The notes: generated by a model from the letters alone, not told the origin. A stretch of 64,000 nt of DNA from Candidatus Latescibacterota bacterium (GCA_965198115.1 OZ240241.1:2272001-2336000), one strand, 5' to 3'; shown: positions 11,444-22,597, counted from the first letter of the stretch. Translations and numbers: made by a program.

Positions 11444-12591
11444 ATGCCGCAAACACAGACCAAGCAGTTAAGTCAGGGACCCAAACACCACTGGTTCGCC
11501 TATCACGACAAGCTCCAGTTCGACCCGACTGGTCGTTACGTCCTGGGTATGGAAGTCGACTTCGAGCACCGCTCCCCAACTGCTGAAGATGTCATTACAG
11601 TCGGTATGATCAATCTCGAGGATGGGAATCGCTGGATCGAGCTGGGTAGGAGCTCTGCTTGGTGTTGGCAGCAGGGATGCATGCTCCAATGGATCCCTTG
11701 CTCGGATAACCTGGTGATTTGGAACGATCGCGAGGATGGGCAGTTTGTGTCACGCATCCTCGACACAACGACCGGGTCGAAACGGACGGTCCCCTTCTCC
11801 ATCTACACCATTGCCCCCGACGGCAAAACGGCATTCTCAACCGACTTCGCACGAAACAACGACACGCGCCCCGGCTACGGCTACCCGGGCATTCCCGATC
11901 CAAACCACGACACACTCGCACCCGACGATTCCGGCCTCTGGTGCGTCGATCTCGAGACGGGTGCACACGAACTGATCCTCACCCTTGCCGAAATCGCCGC
12001 TCTGCACTTTCCCCACGCAGACAACAGTCGGGCAAAGCACTGGTTCAACCATCTGCTCGTCGGTCCGGACGGTGCGCGTCTCGAATTCCTGCATCGATGG
12101 AGTGGAAACGGGAAGCGTGTCACGCGTATGCTGACCTGTGCGCCCGATGGAAGCGACCTGCGTATCGCCGACGACTGCGGCCTCACCTCTCACTTCATAT
12201 GGCTCGACAACCACCACATTCTTGCTTGGTCCAAAGCCCACTCCGAGCGCGGCGACTTCTGTCGTTTCGATGAACGGTCTGGCGATTTCCAACCCATCGG
12301 CAGCGACCTGATGACCGTCGACGGCCACGTCAACTGTCTCCCGAACGCCGAGTGGATCATCAACGACACCTACCGGACAGTGATCGAATCCGCAGCCTCT
12401 ATCTCTATCACCTGCCGACGGGTGACCGCATCGACGTCACTGGCCTTTACGCCCCTCCCCAATACGACGGCGAGTGGCGTTGCGACCTCCATCCCAGACT
12501 GAGCCCGGACGGAACCAGGATCACCGTCGACTCCGCCCACGAAGGCAACGGTCGCCAGATCTGCCTCATCGATGTAAGCGAGATTGTTTAG
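11444..12591 (+). pseudogene. beta-propeller protein (oligogalacturonate lyase/TolB-like), frameshifted
   Basis: Motifs AWCWQQG, HWFNHL, SHFIW and DGH. The C-terminal WRCDLHPRLSPDG is in another frame. A 1-nt loss near 12372 (TAC-CCG-GAC expected) explains the shift. Confidence 0.78.
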
Positions 12592-12597
12592 CCTCTA

Positions 12598-13764
12598 GTG
12601 TCACGTCCCAGGAATAACTAGAAAAATATTCGATTCTGTCGTATGGTTCCTCAAGCACTCATTCTTGGGAGGAACCGATGGCTAGAGGTCGTCCGTTACA
12701 GCCACTGAACATCAGTGATGAGGTCCACGATCAACTCGAGTCATTGTCTCGTTCGCGTAGCATGTCTCACGCTTTGGTGCGTCGCGCGAAGATCGTCTTG
12801 ATGAGCGATTGCGGTCTGACCAATCAGGAGATCGCGGAACGAGTCGGGTTGTCCGGAGCGTCTGTCGGCAAGTGGCGTCGTCGCTTCTGCGAGCAAGGCT
12901 TGATGGGACTGTATGACGAATTGCGTCCTGGAGGGCCACGGTCGGTCAGCGACGAAGAGATCTCCTCCCTCATCTACAAGACGCTCAAGAAGCAACCGAA
13001 GGGTGCCACCCACTGGGACCTGTCGTTCGATGGCCGACGAGACGGGGCTCTCCAAGTCCTCGGTTCAACGTGTATGGAAAGCTTTTGGACTGCAACCGCA
13101 TCGACAGAAGCACTTCAAACTGTCGAACGATCCCTTCTTCGTCGAGAAAGTCAGGGATATCGTCGGTCTATACCTGAACCCACCGGACAACGCGATGGTG
13201 CTCTGTGTAGACGAGAAGAGCCAGATTCAAGCACTCGAACGGACACAACCGATTCTTCCTTTGGGTCTCGGATACGTCGAGGGCGTCACTCACAGCTATA
13301 TCCGGAACGGCACGACCACCCTCTTTGCAGCGCTCAACATCGCATCCGGCAAAGTTCTGACTCAGTGCAAGCCCAGACACCGCAACAAAGAGTTCCTTCA
13401 GTTCCTCAAGCACATCGACAAGAACGTCCCAAAGGATCTCGACATCCATCTGGTCGTCGATAATTACGGCACGCACAAGCACCCGAACGTCAAGCGTTGG
13501 CTCGCCTCACGGAAACGATATCACGTGCACTACACACCAACATATGCCTCCTGGCTGAACCAGGTAGAGATCTGGTTCGGTATCATCACCCAAAGAGCCA
13601 TTCGACGAGGCACCTTCAGAAGCGTCAAGGACCTGATCGCCTGCATCAAGAAATTCACTGATCACTACAACGAGAATTCTACACCCTTCGTCTGGACCGC
13701 CACGGCAGATTCAATCCTCGAGAAAGTCCATAAACTTTTGAAGCTTATACGCGGGACGTGACAC
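12598..13764 (+). mobile_element. IS630-family IS
   Basis: IRs GTGTCACGTCCC / GGGACGTGACAC. Duplicated TA in a CTAG context at 12596-12597 and 13765-13766. Confidence 0.93.
12678..13761 (+). pseudogene. IS630-family transposase, frameshifted
   Basis: The HTH N-terminus is in ORF 12678 and the DDE core (VDEKSQIQA, VDNYGTHK, SWLNQVE) is in ORF 12913. An extra G in CACTGGGACC near 13016 breaks HWTCRSMA. Confidence 0.9.
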
Positions 13765-13875
13765 TAGCGGTCGTGCACATATCAGGTCGACGACGATCTC
13801 AAGATGAAGGTTTTCCGACTCTGCCAGCTGTCGCCTTCGCCGAGCAGACATTCCTAGACCACCAGAGGATCTGAC

Positions 13876-14726
13876 GTGGCACCTCTAACGGACGAAGAAG
13901 CTCTAACCAAGCGTGATGAACTTGTCACGGACGGCTACACCTGTATCCCACGTGTCATGTCGCGGTCCCTGCTCGACAGACTGTGTGCCTGGTCTGATGA
14001 AATCTTCGATCGTGTAACCGTTAAACACAAGATCCGTTACCAGGGCAGCGACATCCTCGTCAGCACCGAACGAAACTGGTCGCCCGATCGTGAACCCGAG
14101 GATAACCGGTTTCCCGATCCCATCGCGGAAGAGATCATCGATCAACCCGATCAGCTTTCGGTTTGTCGTCAACTGGGCCTGGAAAACCTGGTGTCGGATG
14201 ACGTCGTCATCATCCTTTCCAAACCGGGCTATGGTCCCCCGCTCTACTGGTACCAGGACTTCATGAAATGGCAGAGCCCCGAAGCCGCCACGCCCTGGCC
14301 GACGCGGATCTTCCTCTCCTATTATCTGACTGACACCACGCGCGAGAACGGCTGTCTCCGGGTTATTCCCGGAAGCCACGGTAGACGCCACGAGCTTCAC
14401 GACACGCTGCCCGCTGCTCACGGCGAGGAAATCCAGGCCATCGACGATCTGTCTCATTCAGCCTTCGCAGACTACCCGGATGCCGTGACGTGCCGTTGAA
14501 CGCTGGCGATCTCGTCATCGCAGATGCCCGGATTCTCCACGCCGCGTGGCCCAATCAGACGGACCAGCGCCGCACCCTACTGCTAGCCTGGCACGATGTC
14601 TTATCCTTTCCTAACCCGCCCAGCTGGTGGACCGGCGACATTCCAGAGGTGGTTCGGAATGCGGATCCTGACGCGGAGTATGAACGATCGTCGGAAGACA
14701 GAACCCCGACCCACTTTTTGGAGTAG
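13876..14726 (+). pseudogene. PhyH-family dioxygenase, frameshifted, with WYQD in place of WHQD
   Basis: ENGCLRVIPGSH is in the first frame. AGDLVIADARILHAA..RR is in the next frame after about 14487. Confidence 0.85.
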
Positions 14727-14833
14727 AGCGTACGCACGTGTCCCTGGCTGTTCGCGAACTCTGGAACTGAACCGCTGATCGCAACCTACACCAAAAATCT
14801 GAGGACCGTTGACCACCGGCGGACGGTAGCGAC

Positions 14834-15379
14834 ATGACCACTGACTGGGAACCGCTTCTTCAGGGCACGGGGCTTGACGGATGGCGCGAAAGCGAAGGCG
14901 CGTGGAAGCCCGGTGAATGGTCACGGGACGGAACCGAACTGGTCGGCCACATGAGGGCCACAAGAAGGCACGACTAGTGATTGGGGATTCGAGCTGGAAG
15001 GACTACGAATACGCGCTCAAGGCGACGCTGGTCGAAGGCGAAGCGATGCAGATTCACTTCCGTGTGTCCGAAAACGGCAACACGTTCGGCCGACTTCTGG
15101 CCAGCTTGGCCCGAGGGAGAGGGTTCGGTACTCATCAGCCGGCGAGGACCGGATACGGGAGCGGTCGATCAACTCCGGAAAGTCGGGTTCGACTTCCAGA
15201 GGGGACGCGAATACGACATCCGAATCGCTGCCCGTGGACCGGAGCTGAGGATTTACGTGGATGGTGAGCTGATCAACGAACACACCCACGACGGCACCGA
15301 TCGCGGTGGAGTGGGACTGAATCTCTGGCATACGACGCACGCACGGTTCAGAGATCTCAGGATCAGGCATTTGGATTGA
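14834..15379 (+). pseudogene. DUF1080/ConA-like (3-keto-disaccharide hydrolase-like) protein with two frameshifts
   Basis: Three frames join as MTTDWEPLLQGTGLDGW..WKPGEW / GDSSWKDYEY / YVDGELIN..GGVGL..FRDLRIR. Paralog of 17592-18237. Confidence 0.7.
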
Positions 15380-15468
15380 ATAAATGTTGAGGAAAGATCC
15401 GGGAAGAGGTAGCATGACGGATCTATAAATCTGGCTGTCTCACTTCTCCCTCTTAAGGGTTTCGTGCC

Positions 15469-16537
15469 ATGAACCTAGGCTTCTTCACCATGCCCCTTCA
15501 CCCCCCGGGGGCCAATCTGACACAAACCATGGATGACAACATGGAGCAGATCGTCATCCTCGATGAGTTGGGCTACACCGAGGCCTGGGTCGGCGAACAC
15601 TTCACTTTTGAATGGGAGAACATCCCCTCCCCTGAGTTGTTCATTGCCAAAGCCCTGGGGCTGACCAAGAACATCGTCCTGGGAACGGGCGTCACGTGTA
15701 TGCCCATCCATAACCCGGCTTCGGTCGCTCATCGCATCGCCCAGCTCGATCACCTGGCGCACGGACGCTTCTACTGGGGCGTTGGCTCCAGTTCTGTCCC
15801 CGGGGACCGCGAGCTGTTCATGTTCGATGACGCGGGCGATAACCGGAGGAAGGCAACTCGAGAGGGTGTGGATGCCGTGCTCCAGATCTGGGAGAACCCC
15901 AAGCCCGGTTTATACGAGAGTGACTTCTGGCGCTACAAGATTCCGGAGCCGGTTGAGAAGATCGGCCTGAGACTTCACGTCAAGCCTTATCAGAAACCGC
16001 ATCCACCGATTGCGATGGGCGGCGTGTCTCCCAAGTCGGATACGTTGGTCCTGGCGGGTGAGCGTGGGTGGATCCCCATGAGCCTGAATCTCGTACATAA
16101 GGGAATCGTTCAGACCCACTGGGATGCAGTGGAAGAGGGAGCAGAAAGGGTCGGGCGTACGCCCGACCGGTCGATGTGGCGCATCGCGGGAGGTCTACGT
16201 GGCCGACACGACCGAGCGAGCGCGCAAGGAAGCCCTCGAAGGAACGCTTGGACGCGACTTCGATGAGTACTGGTTCAACCTGTTGCCTCTCGAGCGATTC
16301 AAGAAAGATCCGGACATGCCGGACGCAGACGTTACGACCGAATATCTACTGGACAATCTCTGGATCGTCGGCGGTCCGGACGATGTAGCAGATCAGCTGC
16401 GCCAGCTATACGAGGATGTGGGAGGATTCGGCGTGCTTCTGGCCATGGGCCACGAGTGGGCACCCAAAGACCAATGGCTCAACTCGATGACGCTTCTCAA
16501 GAACGAGGTTATGCCGAAGCTGGCTGACTTGAACTAG
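15469..16537 (+). pseudogene. LLM-class flavin-dependent monooxygenase, frameshifted
   Basis: Motifs FTMPLHP, WVGEHF, LGTGV, IAQLDH and KPYQKPHPP. The C-terminus continues in another frame from about 16187 (REVYVA...VGGFGVLL). Confidence 0.88.
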
Positions 16538-16578
16538 TCCGTCGTTTTTCGCCTACACCCATTCGCGGTCGGGAGAGA

Positions 16579-16604
16579 GCCTGCCCTGAGCGGGAGTCGA
16601 AGGG
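16579..16604 (+). repeat. REP-like palindrome family A, copy 1
   Basis: GCCTGCCCTGAGCGGGAGTCGAAGGG, between convergent genes. Confidence 0.7.
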
Positions 16605-16630
16605 CTCCCACCGGTAATCGTTGTTCGAAC

Positions 16631-17449
16631 CTACGATGATGGCTTCGCCATGGATTCTGCCAGGATCGGATGCACGGGATGATCCCACGGGCCGCCAGGC
16701 TCCATTTCCTCCGCCGCTCCGGCAGCGTCATTCTTGCCCGTAAAGATCACGTAGTCAGGGATGTAGATAACGGCGAACGCCCGACGGGGCTGATCCGTCC
16801 GGTTCGGTCCAGCGTGATGAAAGTTGCAGCCGTTGTGGAACGTGACGCCGCCGGCTTCCATTTCGATCGCCACCGGTTCGGCCACGTCGTTTCCCCTGTC
16901 CTTCATCCTCGACACGATCGAATCATCGTCGGCACGCAGGTTGATAGGCTCTTGCGGTCCGAACTTGTGCGATCCCGGACAGAATTGGAGACACCCGTTC
17001 TCGACCGTCACGTCATCGACAGCAATCCACGCTGAAAGCGGACCGATCGGTTTCATCGACCAGTAAGGGAGATCCTGGTGCCAGTTGGTCTGTCTGCTCT
17101 CCTGTCCACCCGGCTTGACCATCGCATGATCGTGATAGATGCGAACGCTTTCTGACCTCGACAGCCGTCGCGCCGATTCCGCCATCCGTTCATCGAACGC
17201 AAACGCCTTGATAGCCGGGTAGTCGATCCACAGGTTAACCATCTGGTTGAAGACCCGCTCGTAGTCTTCGGAAACACGGCCCCCGCCTTCGGCGCCTAAA
17301 ATTCGATCTCGATTCGAGGCGATGGCGTCGTCAATCGTGGCACGGAGCGTCTTCATCTCATCAGCCGAGAAGAAGGCTCCGTATTGGATGAAGCCATTCT
17401 CCTGGTAAACTTCGACGTCCTCGGGTGTAACAGGTGAATCACTCAACAC
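16631..17449 (-). CDS. PhyH-family dioxygenase
   Basis: Motifs YQENGF, WHQD, SAWIAVDD..ENGCL..PGSH, FHHAG and RRAF. Confidence 0.92.
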   Translation of the reverse strand: MLSDSPVTPEDVEVYQENGFIQYGAFFSADEMKTLRATIDDAIASNRDRILGAEGGGRVSEDYERVFNQMVNLWIDYPAIKAFAFDERMAESARRLSRSESVRIYHDHAMVKPGGQESRQTNWHQDLPYWSMKPIGPLSAWIAVDDVTVENGCLQFCPGSHKFGPQEPINLRADDDSIVSRMKDRGNDVAEPVAIEMEAGGVTFHNGCNFHHAGPNRTDQPRRAFAVIYIPDYVIFTGKNDAAGAAEEMEPGGPWDHPVHPILAESMAKPSS

Positions 17450-17488
17450 TGGTCTGCTCCAGGCTCCTATTACCCATTGTCCAACGAC

Positions 17489-17520
17489 TGGTCACCCTGA
17501 GCGGAGTCGAAGGGTGACCA
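17489..17520 (+). repeat. REP-like palindrome family A, copy 2
   Basis: TGGTCACCCT-GAGCGGAGTCGA-AGGGTGACCA, with a perfect 10-bp stem. Confidence 0.75.
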
Positions 17521-17591
17521 TCTCGCCGTGTCAACCGGTCATGGAAGTTGCGGCACCCACCAACCTTGGGTCGATTGAGGAGGAATACGTA

Positions 17592-18237
17592 ATGAGAATT
17601 GCATTGATCCTGCTTGCTACTCTGGCACTCACCATTTCAACCGCTGCTGCTGATCCAACCGGGCCCGAAAACGACTATGGCCGCAGCCGTCCGGGCGGTC
17701 TCAGAATTCCCTGGCAGTCATTGCTCGTGGACACCGGCCTTGAAGGCTGGAATGAAAGTGGATCCCCGTGGAAGCCAGGAGAGTGGACACGCGAAGGCGA
17801 CACGATCCGAGTCAGTTTCTCCGGTCGTGGAAAAACACGGATCACACAGGGCGACTCGACCTGGCAAAACTACGAGTTCTCCCTGCACCTGACGATCGAG
17901 GGAGGCACTGTCCAGCTCCCGTTCCGTCTATCGGAGGATGGGTTCTACTTCGTCGAATTCGACCACGCCTGGCAGACCATCAACGTCACCAAGCGAAACG
18001 AAAGTGGAAGAGGCGTCACCAAGCTCAGCGTCATCAACTTTCCCGTTGAATACGACCGCGAGTTACCACCTCATCATCTCCGCCCGCGGGCATTCGCTCA
18101 CCACCTACATCGACGGCAAGCTCGTCAACCAGACCACCGATGACACCTACGATAGAGGCGGCGTCGGCCTGGGAACGTGGTGGACCACCACGGCTGCCTT
18201 CCGAGATACCAAGATCCGCCACTACAGGTGGCCCTAG
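17592..18237 (+). pseudogene. secreted DUF1080/ConA-like protein, frameshifted
   Basis: SD GAGGAGG, signal peptide MRIALILLATLALTISTAAA and GDSTWQNYEF. An extra T near 18063 shifts YHLIISARG..YIDGK..GGVGL into another frame. Confidence 0.75.
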
Positions 18238-18264
18238 GGTCGCTGCCCGAAGGCCGTCGTTGAA

Positions 18265-18289
18265 GCCTGTCCTGAGCGAACGTGAGGGG
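18265..18289 (+). repeat. REP-like palindrome family A, copy 3 (degenerate)
   Basis: GCCTGTCCTGAGCGAACGTGAGGGG. Confidence 0.55.
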
Positions 18290-18436
18290 TCCACCGTCTA
18301 CTGTCCAAAGGTTTCCGGTTCGCAGCTAGGAGGCTGCCCCTACCCTGGGGTTCTCTGCTTGTATTCGTGCCTTGGCGTCTTCGAGCCTTCGCGTCCAAAC
18401 TCCCCGGTCTGATCGGCATCTCGAATGCTCAAGGTT

Positions 18437-19627
18437 TCAAGCCACCGTCTGAAACGCCCCCCACTCCTCTCCCACCTCCGCGGCCTGCCGCTCCAACTCC
18501 CCACGTCGTCCCACGACATTCCCGGCCTTGATCTGTTGAACGTCCCAGCCCGCATAGCGATCCTCGAGCGTATCTCCAAGTATCTGCGTCCCCGCCCAGC
18601 GATCCCATGCCGTCTTCATCCACGCGTGAGGTAGAGCCTCTCTCACCTCCGGATCCAACTGCCACGCGTTCCGTGCGTCGGCGGTCGATGGTTCTTCGTC
18701 GGGCTCCGACCACTTCGACCAGCCAATCGACAGCGTGTTCCGCTCTCGATCGGGAACAGTGTGTCCGTTGTGGATTGTCGTCCCATTCCGGATCAGAGCC
18801 TCTCCGGGTTTGAGCCGGATCGCGACCACACCTAGCGGAGTGTCCTCACCGTTCCAACTCGGTGTGTGCGGAACACCCGCGTCCTTCATTTTCTGTGGAA
18901 GCAAGACGTCGTGTTCGTGGGCCGTTCGCCAGCGATCGTGGCTGCCTGGTATGAGCTCGTGACACTCGTCGTCGGTCAGCGCGAGGAACATGCTCACCCC
19001 GTTTCGTTCCGTGATGGACTCTGCGTTCTTCTCCCTGATCTCCTTCCACCTGATCCTCTCCACCTCCTCGGAATAGTCCTCGGGTGTATTTCCTCGGACC
19101 TCCCGCTGCGCGAGATAGGACTTCCCGGTTCCCCACCACGTGGTGTCTCGGTGCCAGCTCAACTGATTCTCCCGCTTCCGCGGATTGCACCACAGAAGCA
19201 GCCCACCCAAAACTGCCTCCTCCGGATTAAAACCGTCCACACACCACGCATCGACGAACCCGAGGAAGTCGTCCGATCCGTGAAACTCGGCAAAGCAGGA
19301 CTCGCCGAAAGCCGGATGGATGAGACCTCGAATCGCCCACGGCTCATTCCCCTTCTCACGATGTACGTAACCCCTCGAGCAATCGATCCTGTCATAACCG
19401 TTCTCAGGCGCACACGCCTCGGTTACGCGCCGCCCCGCCTCGCGCAGAACCGGGATCCACGGGTTGTCCACAAAGTCCGTGACGATGACGAAACCGTGTT
19501 CCTCCAGGTGCGCCAATCGCTCGGGTGTGGCTCCTGGCTCAGAAAGCTCGGGTTTGGAATCGGCAAATGCCGTCGAGCGATAAGATGGAACCGGCTCGGT
19601 ATCCGTAGATGGCTGTGGGTCGCTCAT
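18437..19627 (-). CDS. divergent, long PhyH-like dioxygenase
   Basis: Motifs LEEHGFV, WHRD, LIPGSH, LKPGE..TIHNG and R. ATG 19627 follows GAGGAG. Confidence 0.8.
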   Translation of the reverse strand: MSDPQPSTDTEPVPSYRSTAFADSKPELSEPGATPERLAHLEEHGFVIVTDFVDNPWIPVLREAGRRVTEACAPENGYDRIDCSRGYVHREKGNEPWAIRGLIHPAFGESCFAEFHGSDDFLGFVDAWCVDGFNPEEAVLGGLLLWCNPRKRENQLSWHRDTTWWGTGKSYLAQREVRGNTPEDYSEEVERIRWKEIREKNAESITERNGVSMFLALTDDECHELIPGSHDRWRTAHEHDVLLPQKMKDAGVPHTPSWNGEDTPLGVVAIRLKPGEALIRNGTTIHNGHTVPDRERNTLSIGWSKWSEPDEEPSTADARNAWQLDPEVREALPHAWMKTAWDRWAGTQILGDTLEDRYAGWDVQQIKAGNVVGRRGELERQAAEVGEEWGAFQTVA

Positions 19628-19701
19628 TCTCTCCTCATTCTGAAAAGTTCGTAAGGGCACAATTTATCTGTCATTGCTCGGCTTCGCCAGCTCTGCTGTT
19701 G

Positions 19702-19911
19702 TTATTCCTCGTTTCTCATCACGCCCAGTGCCACCCCCACCGCGGCGCCCAGAGAAATCCCGAGCGCAATACCTACTCCTACGTTACCGAAGGCGGCGCC
19801 AACGGCTGTGCCCACACTCACGCCCAATGCGACGCCGAAGGCTATCCCCAGCGTGTTACTCGCCGCCTCATCATCGAGTCTCTGCTCGCCGTTCGATTCG
19901 TTCGAGGACAC
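19702..19911 (-). CDS. small glycine-rich membrane protein
   Basis: Two hydrophobic GxxxG segments, downstream of the HTH gene on the same strand. Confidence 0.7.
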   Translation of the reverse strand: MSSNESNGEQRLDDEAASNTLGIAFGVALGVSVGTAVGAAFGNVGVGIALGISLGAAVGVALGVMRNEE

Positions 19912-19947
19912 GTGTCCCTTCTTAGGTAAGGTCGAAGATTGTCGGCG

Positions 19948-20154
19948 CTACTGTTCCGAGGGCACCTCATCGAGAAAGATCTCTTCAATCGATGAATCGA
20001 ACAGCCGGGCGACTCTGAATGCCAGAGGCAAGCTGGGATCGAATTTGCCCTTTTCGATGGCATTGACCGTCTGCCGCGAAACCTCGAGTGCCGTCGCCAG
20101 GTCAGCCTGAGTCCAATCTCGTTCTGCGCGAAGTACCTTTAGTCGATTTTTCAT
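19948..20154 (-). CDS. XRE-family HTH transcriptional regulator
   Basis: MKNRLKVLRAERDWTQADLA..VSRQTVNAIEKGKFDPSLPLAF. Confidence 0.95.
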   Translation of the reverse strand: MKNRLKVLRAERDWTQADLATALEVSRQTVNAIEKGKFDPSLPLAFRVARLFDSSIEEIFLDEVPSEQ

Positions 20155-20558
20155 CGGAATCGAACCTGACCCACGATCACACCAGCCACGTAAGTAAAAA
20201 TCGTGAGCAAAATAATGTCCGAAATCTCCGGGTCGGTTAACAGCTTTGCGGTTTCGAGCAGCGAATAACTGACACTGCCGACCAACCCGACACCAAATGC
20301 CAGAGCCAGTGAATCGAGCTGAATCTTGCGCTGCAGTTCATCCAGCTCCCTCAGATATCGCACGAAGGTCACAATCAGTCCCAGACCGACGACCGCATTG
20401 ACGACGATCGCCAGAATCGACATCCAGACAGAAGTAAACCATTCGTAGAGCTCGGCTTTGTCAGCCAACACCATCGTCCCCATCCACGCCAATGTCCAGC
20501 AAACGATACGAACGCTGTTCCTGATATTTCACGCTTCCCAGTCGGTCGAGTTATCCAT
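20151..20558 (-). pseudogene. membrane protein paired with the XRE regulator, in-frame TGA at codon 10
   Basis: SD AAGGAGG, then MDNSTDWEA*NIRNSVRIVCWTLAWM..., with the DELQRKIQL motif. Its stop overlaps the HTH start (ATGA). Confidence 0.8.
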
Positions 20559-20592
20559 CGAATCCTCCTTGAGTCCACTATCTTTGTCATAA

Positions 20593-20643
20593 TGTCAATT
20601 ACACTTTACATCTCTACGTTCAGTTTATCAAGTGTATTTTACA
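20593..20643. promoter_or_regulatory. two candidate XRE operator boxes in an AT-rich promoter
   Basis: TGTCAA-ttacac-TTTACA (20593-20610) and TATCAA-gtgtat-TTTACA (20626-20643) are imperfect 18-bp palindromes. Confidence 0.55.
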
Positions 20644-20755
20644 AAAAGATTACTAAACGCGACTTTATCAGCTCATTTTGGTGTATGACGAGGCCACACA
20701 TTATATATACCAGCATTCGTGCTCAGATTGATCCCTACTCGGTGGCTGAGGAAAC

Positions 20756-21544
20756 ATGAAAACCCATTTCCTCGAACTGGACGAACAAGGCTATACGATC
20801 CTGAATGATCTGCTGTCCCCTGGGCAGGTTCACGAGGCCATTGACGCATTAAGAGAGAGCTACGTGGAGGAGCACGTCTCCGCCCACGAACCGGGCACCA
20901 AGCGAACCCACAACCTGACGGCACGGGCAGAGATCTTTCGAGAGATCATCCAGCTGCCAAAGCTCGTCGCTTGTATGGAGTATCTGCTGGGACCAGACTA
21001 CATCCTCTCAGACGTGGGCGCCCGTTCGCCCGTGCCCGGCATGGAGAAACAGACCCTGCACCGGGACGGCGGCCCCTTCGTGCCCAATCCACCCTACAAC
21101 GTGCACACGCTGCTTCCCATCTCCGCCCAGTCGATGATCGCATTGTCTGAATTCACACCGGAGAACGGTGCGACGCGTTTTGTCCCCGGATCGCATATCC
21201 GCGATATCGACGCCAACACCGTCCCACCCGAGGATGAAAGCCTTTTCGTCTGCGCCCCCGGCACTGCGCTGATCTTCGACAGCCGTCTGATCCACGGGGG
21301 CAGTGCGAACACCACGGACGAAATCCGCTACGCCATCCAGGGCTTCTGTTGCCGCGCCAACGTCAGACCGTTCTGCGATCACACAAGATCGATTCCGAAG
21401 CAGGTCGTCGAGCAAGCCACACCGTTGTTGCGTCGGCTCTGGGGTTTCGAAGTTCAGTCGGCCTGGGAAGAATCCCCGCGGGATTTCAAAATCGTCGAGG
21501 CGCCGGGTGCCAAACCCAGGTTCGACTACAACCGTGGTAGGTAA
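20756..21544 (+). CDS. PhyH-family dioxygenase
   Basis: Motifs LDEQGY, LHRD, ENGATRFVPGSH, FDSRLIHGG and R. Confidence 0.92.
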   Translation: MKTHFLELDEQGYTILNDLLSPGQVHEAIDALRESYVEEHVSAHEPGTKRTHNLTARAEIFREIIQLPKLVACMEYLLGPDYILSDVGARSPVPGMEKQTLHRDGGPFVPNPPYNVHTLLPISAQSMIALSEFTPENGATRFVPGSHIRDIDANTVPPEDESLFVCAPGTALIFDSRLIHGGSANTTDEIRYAIQGFCCRANVRPFCDHTRSIPKQVVEQATPLLRRLWGFEVQSAWEESPRDFKIVEAPGAKPRFDYNRGR

Positions 21545-21750
21545 CCATCACGCCAATTGAAGGTGTCCCAACTGTGACCACGCCTGCTCTTCCTCACGCC
21601 CGAACAGCCTTTGTCGCCACCCTCATCTGGTTTGCCTGTGTATCAGCAGGATGCACCGAGTTCAGTCATGGAGAGGGACGAATCGGCCGGGTTCAACGGG
21701 AGCCTTGAAGTCGTGAGGGCGCGCAATGATATTCACGGGCCGCTAATTTC

Positions 21751-22581
21751 ATGGTGAGTTCTCAACACGCCGAACCACAGAAACCCGAGTACGCCGCCGA
21801 CCTGTTCGCGGGAACGGCGCGCTACTATGCCGCCTACCGCGTTGCGTATCCGAAGCCTCTGCTCGACGACCTGCGGAAAAGGGCGCGCCTAACAGGCAAA
21901 GGTCGGCTTCTCGACCTGGCGTGTGGTCCAAGACGGGTTGCGCTTCCTCTGGCGACGCATTTTGCTGACGTTCTGGCGATCGACCAGGAACCCGAGATGA
22001 TCGAGGTGGCAGGGGAAGAAGCCGAAAGACTCGGGGCGGAGAACATCCAATGGCAGGTCGCAAGAGCTGAGAACCTCGACCTACCGAGCGCAACCGTCGA
22101 GCTGATCACCATCGGCGAAGCGTTTCATAGACTGGACCAGCGCCTGATACTCCAGCTTTCCCTCGACTGGCTGTCGCCCGGAGCGTGTCTGGTAACGCTC
22201 GGCTGCAATGGGATCCGGAGGGGTTTGGAGCCCTGGCAGGATATCCTGCGCGGGGTCTATCAGACGTGGACCGGCCGTGAATCGAACCCCAGAACGTCGA
22301 CCCTTGACAGCACACGGACAGCCGAACACAGCGCACGGGTGTTAGAAGGGGCTGGATTCGTAAACGTTCAGAACCATCCTTTCTGGGATTCCCACGTATG
22401 GACGCTGGAGTCCATCATCGGAAATCTGTATTCCGCTTCGGGGAACCTCAAGGCAACGTTAGGGGAAAGATCTGAGGGATTCGAGGCCGATCTGAAACGC
22501 CAGCTCCTGGAGTATGATTCGAGTGGCCGGTACCCAGAAAAGTTGGGCTTCGGCTACACGCTTGGAAGAAAACCGGATTGA
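21751..22581 (+). CDS. class I SAM-dependent methyltransferase
   Basis: Motifs FAGTARYY..YR..YP, LLDLACGP, AIDQEPEM and GEAFH. Confidence 0.9.
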   Translation: MVSSQHAEPQKPEYAADLFAGTARYYAAYRVAYPKPLLDDLRKRARLTGKGRLLDLACGPRRVALPLATHFADVLAIDQEPEMIEVAGEEAERLGAENIQWQVARAENLDLPSATVELITIGEAFHRLDQRLILQLSLDWLSPGACLVTLGCNGIRRGLEPWQDILRGVYQTWTGRESNPRTSTLDSTRTAEHSARVLEGAGFVNVQNHPFWDSHVWTLESIIGNLYSASGNLKATLGERSEGFEADLKRQLLEYDSSGRYPEKLGFGYTLGRKPD

Positions 22582-22597
22582 GGGAGGCAAACTGCCT

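Noticed and set aside
12990-13030. Programmed frameshift in the IS630 transposase
   Set aside because: The break is one extra G in a G run within the conserved HW(T/S) motif, with no A-rich slippery site. It is more likely a mutation or a consensus error.
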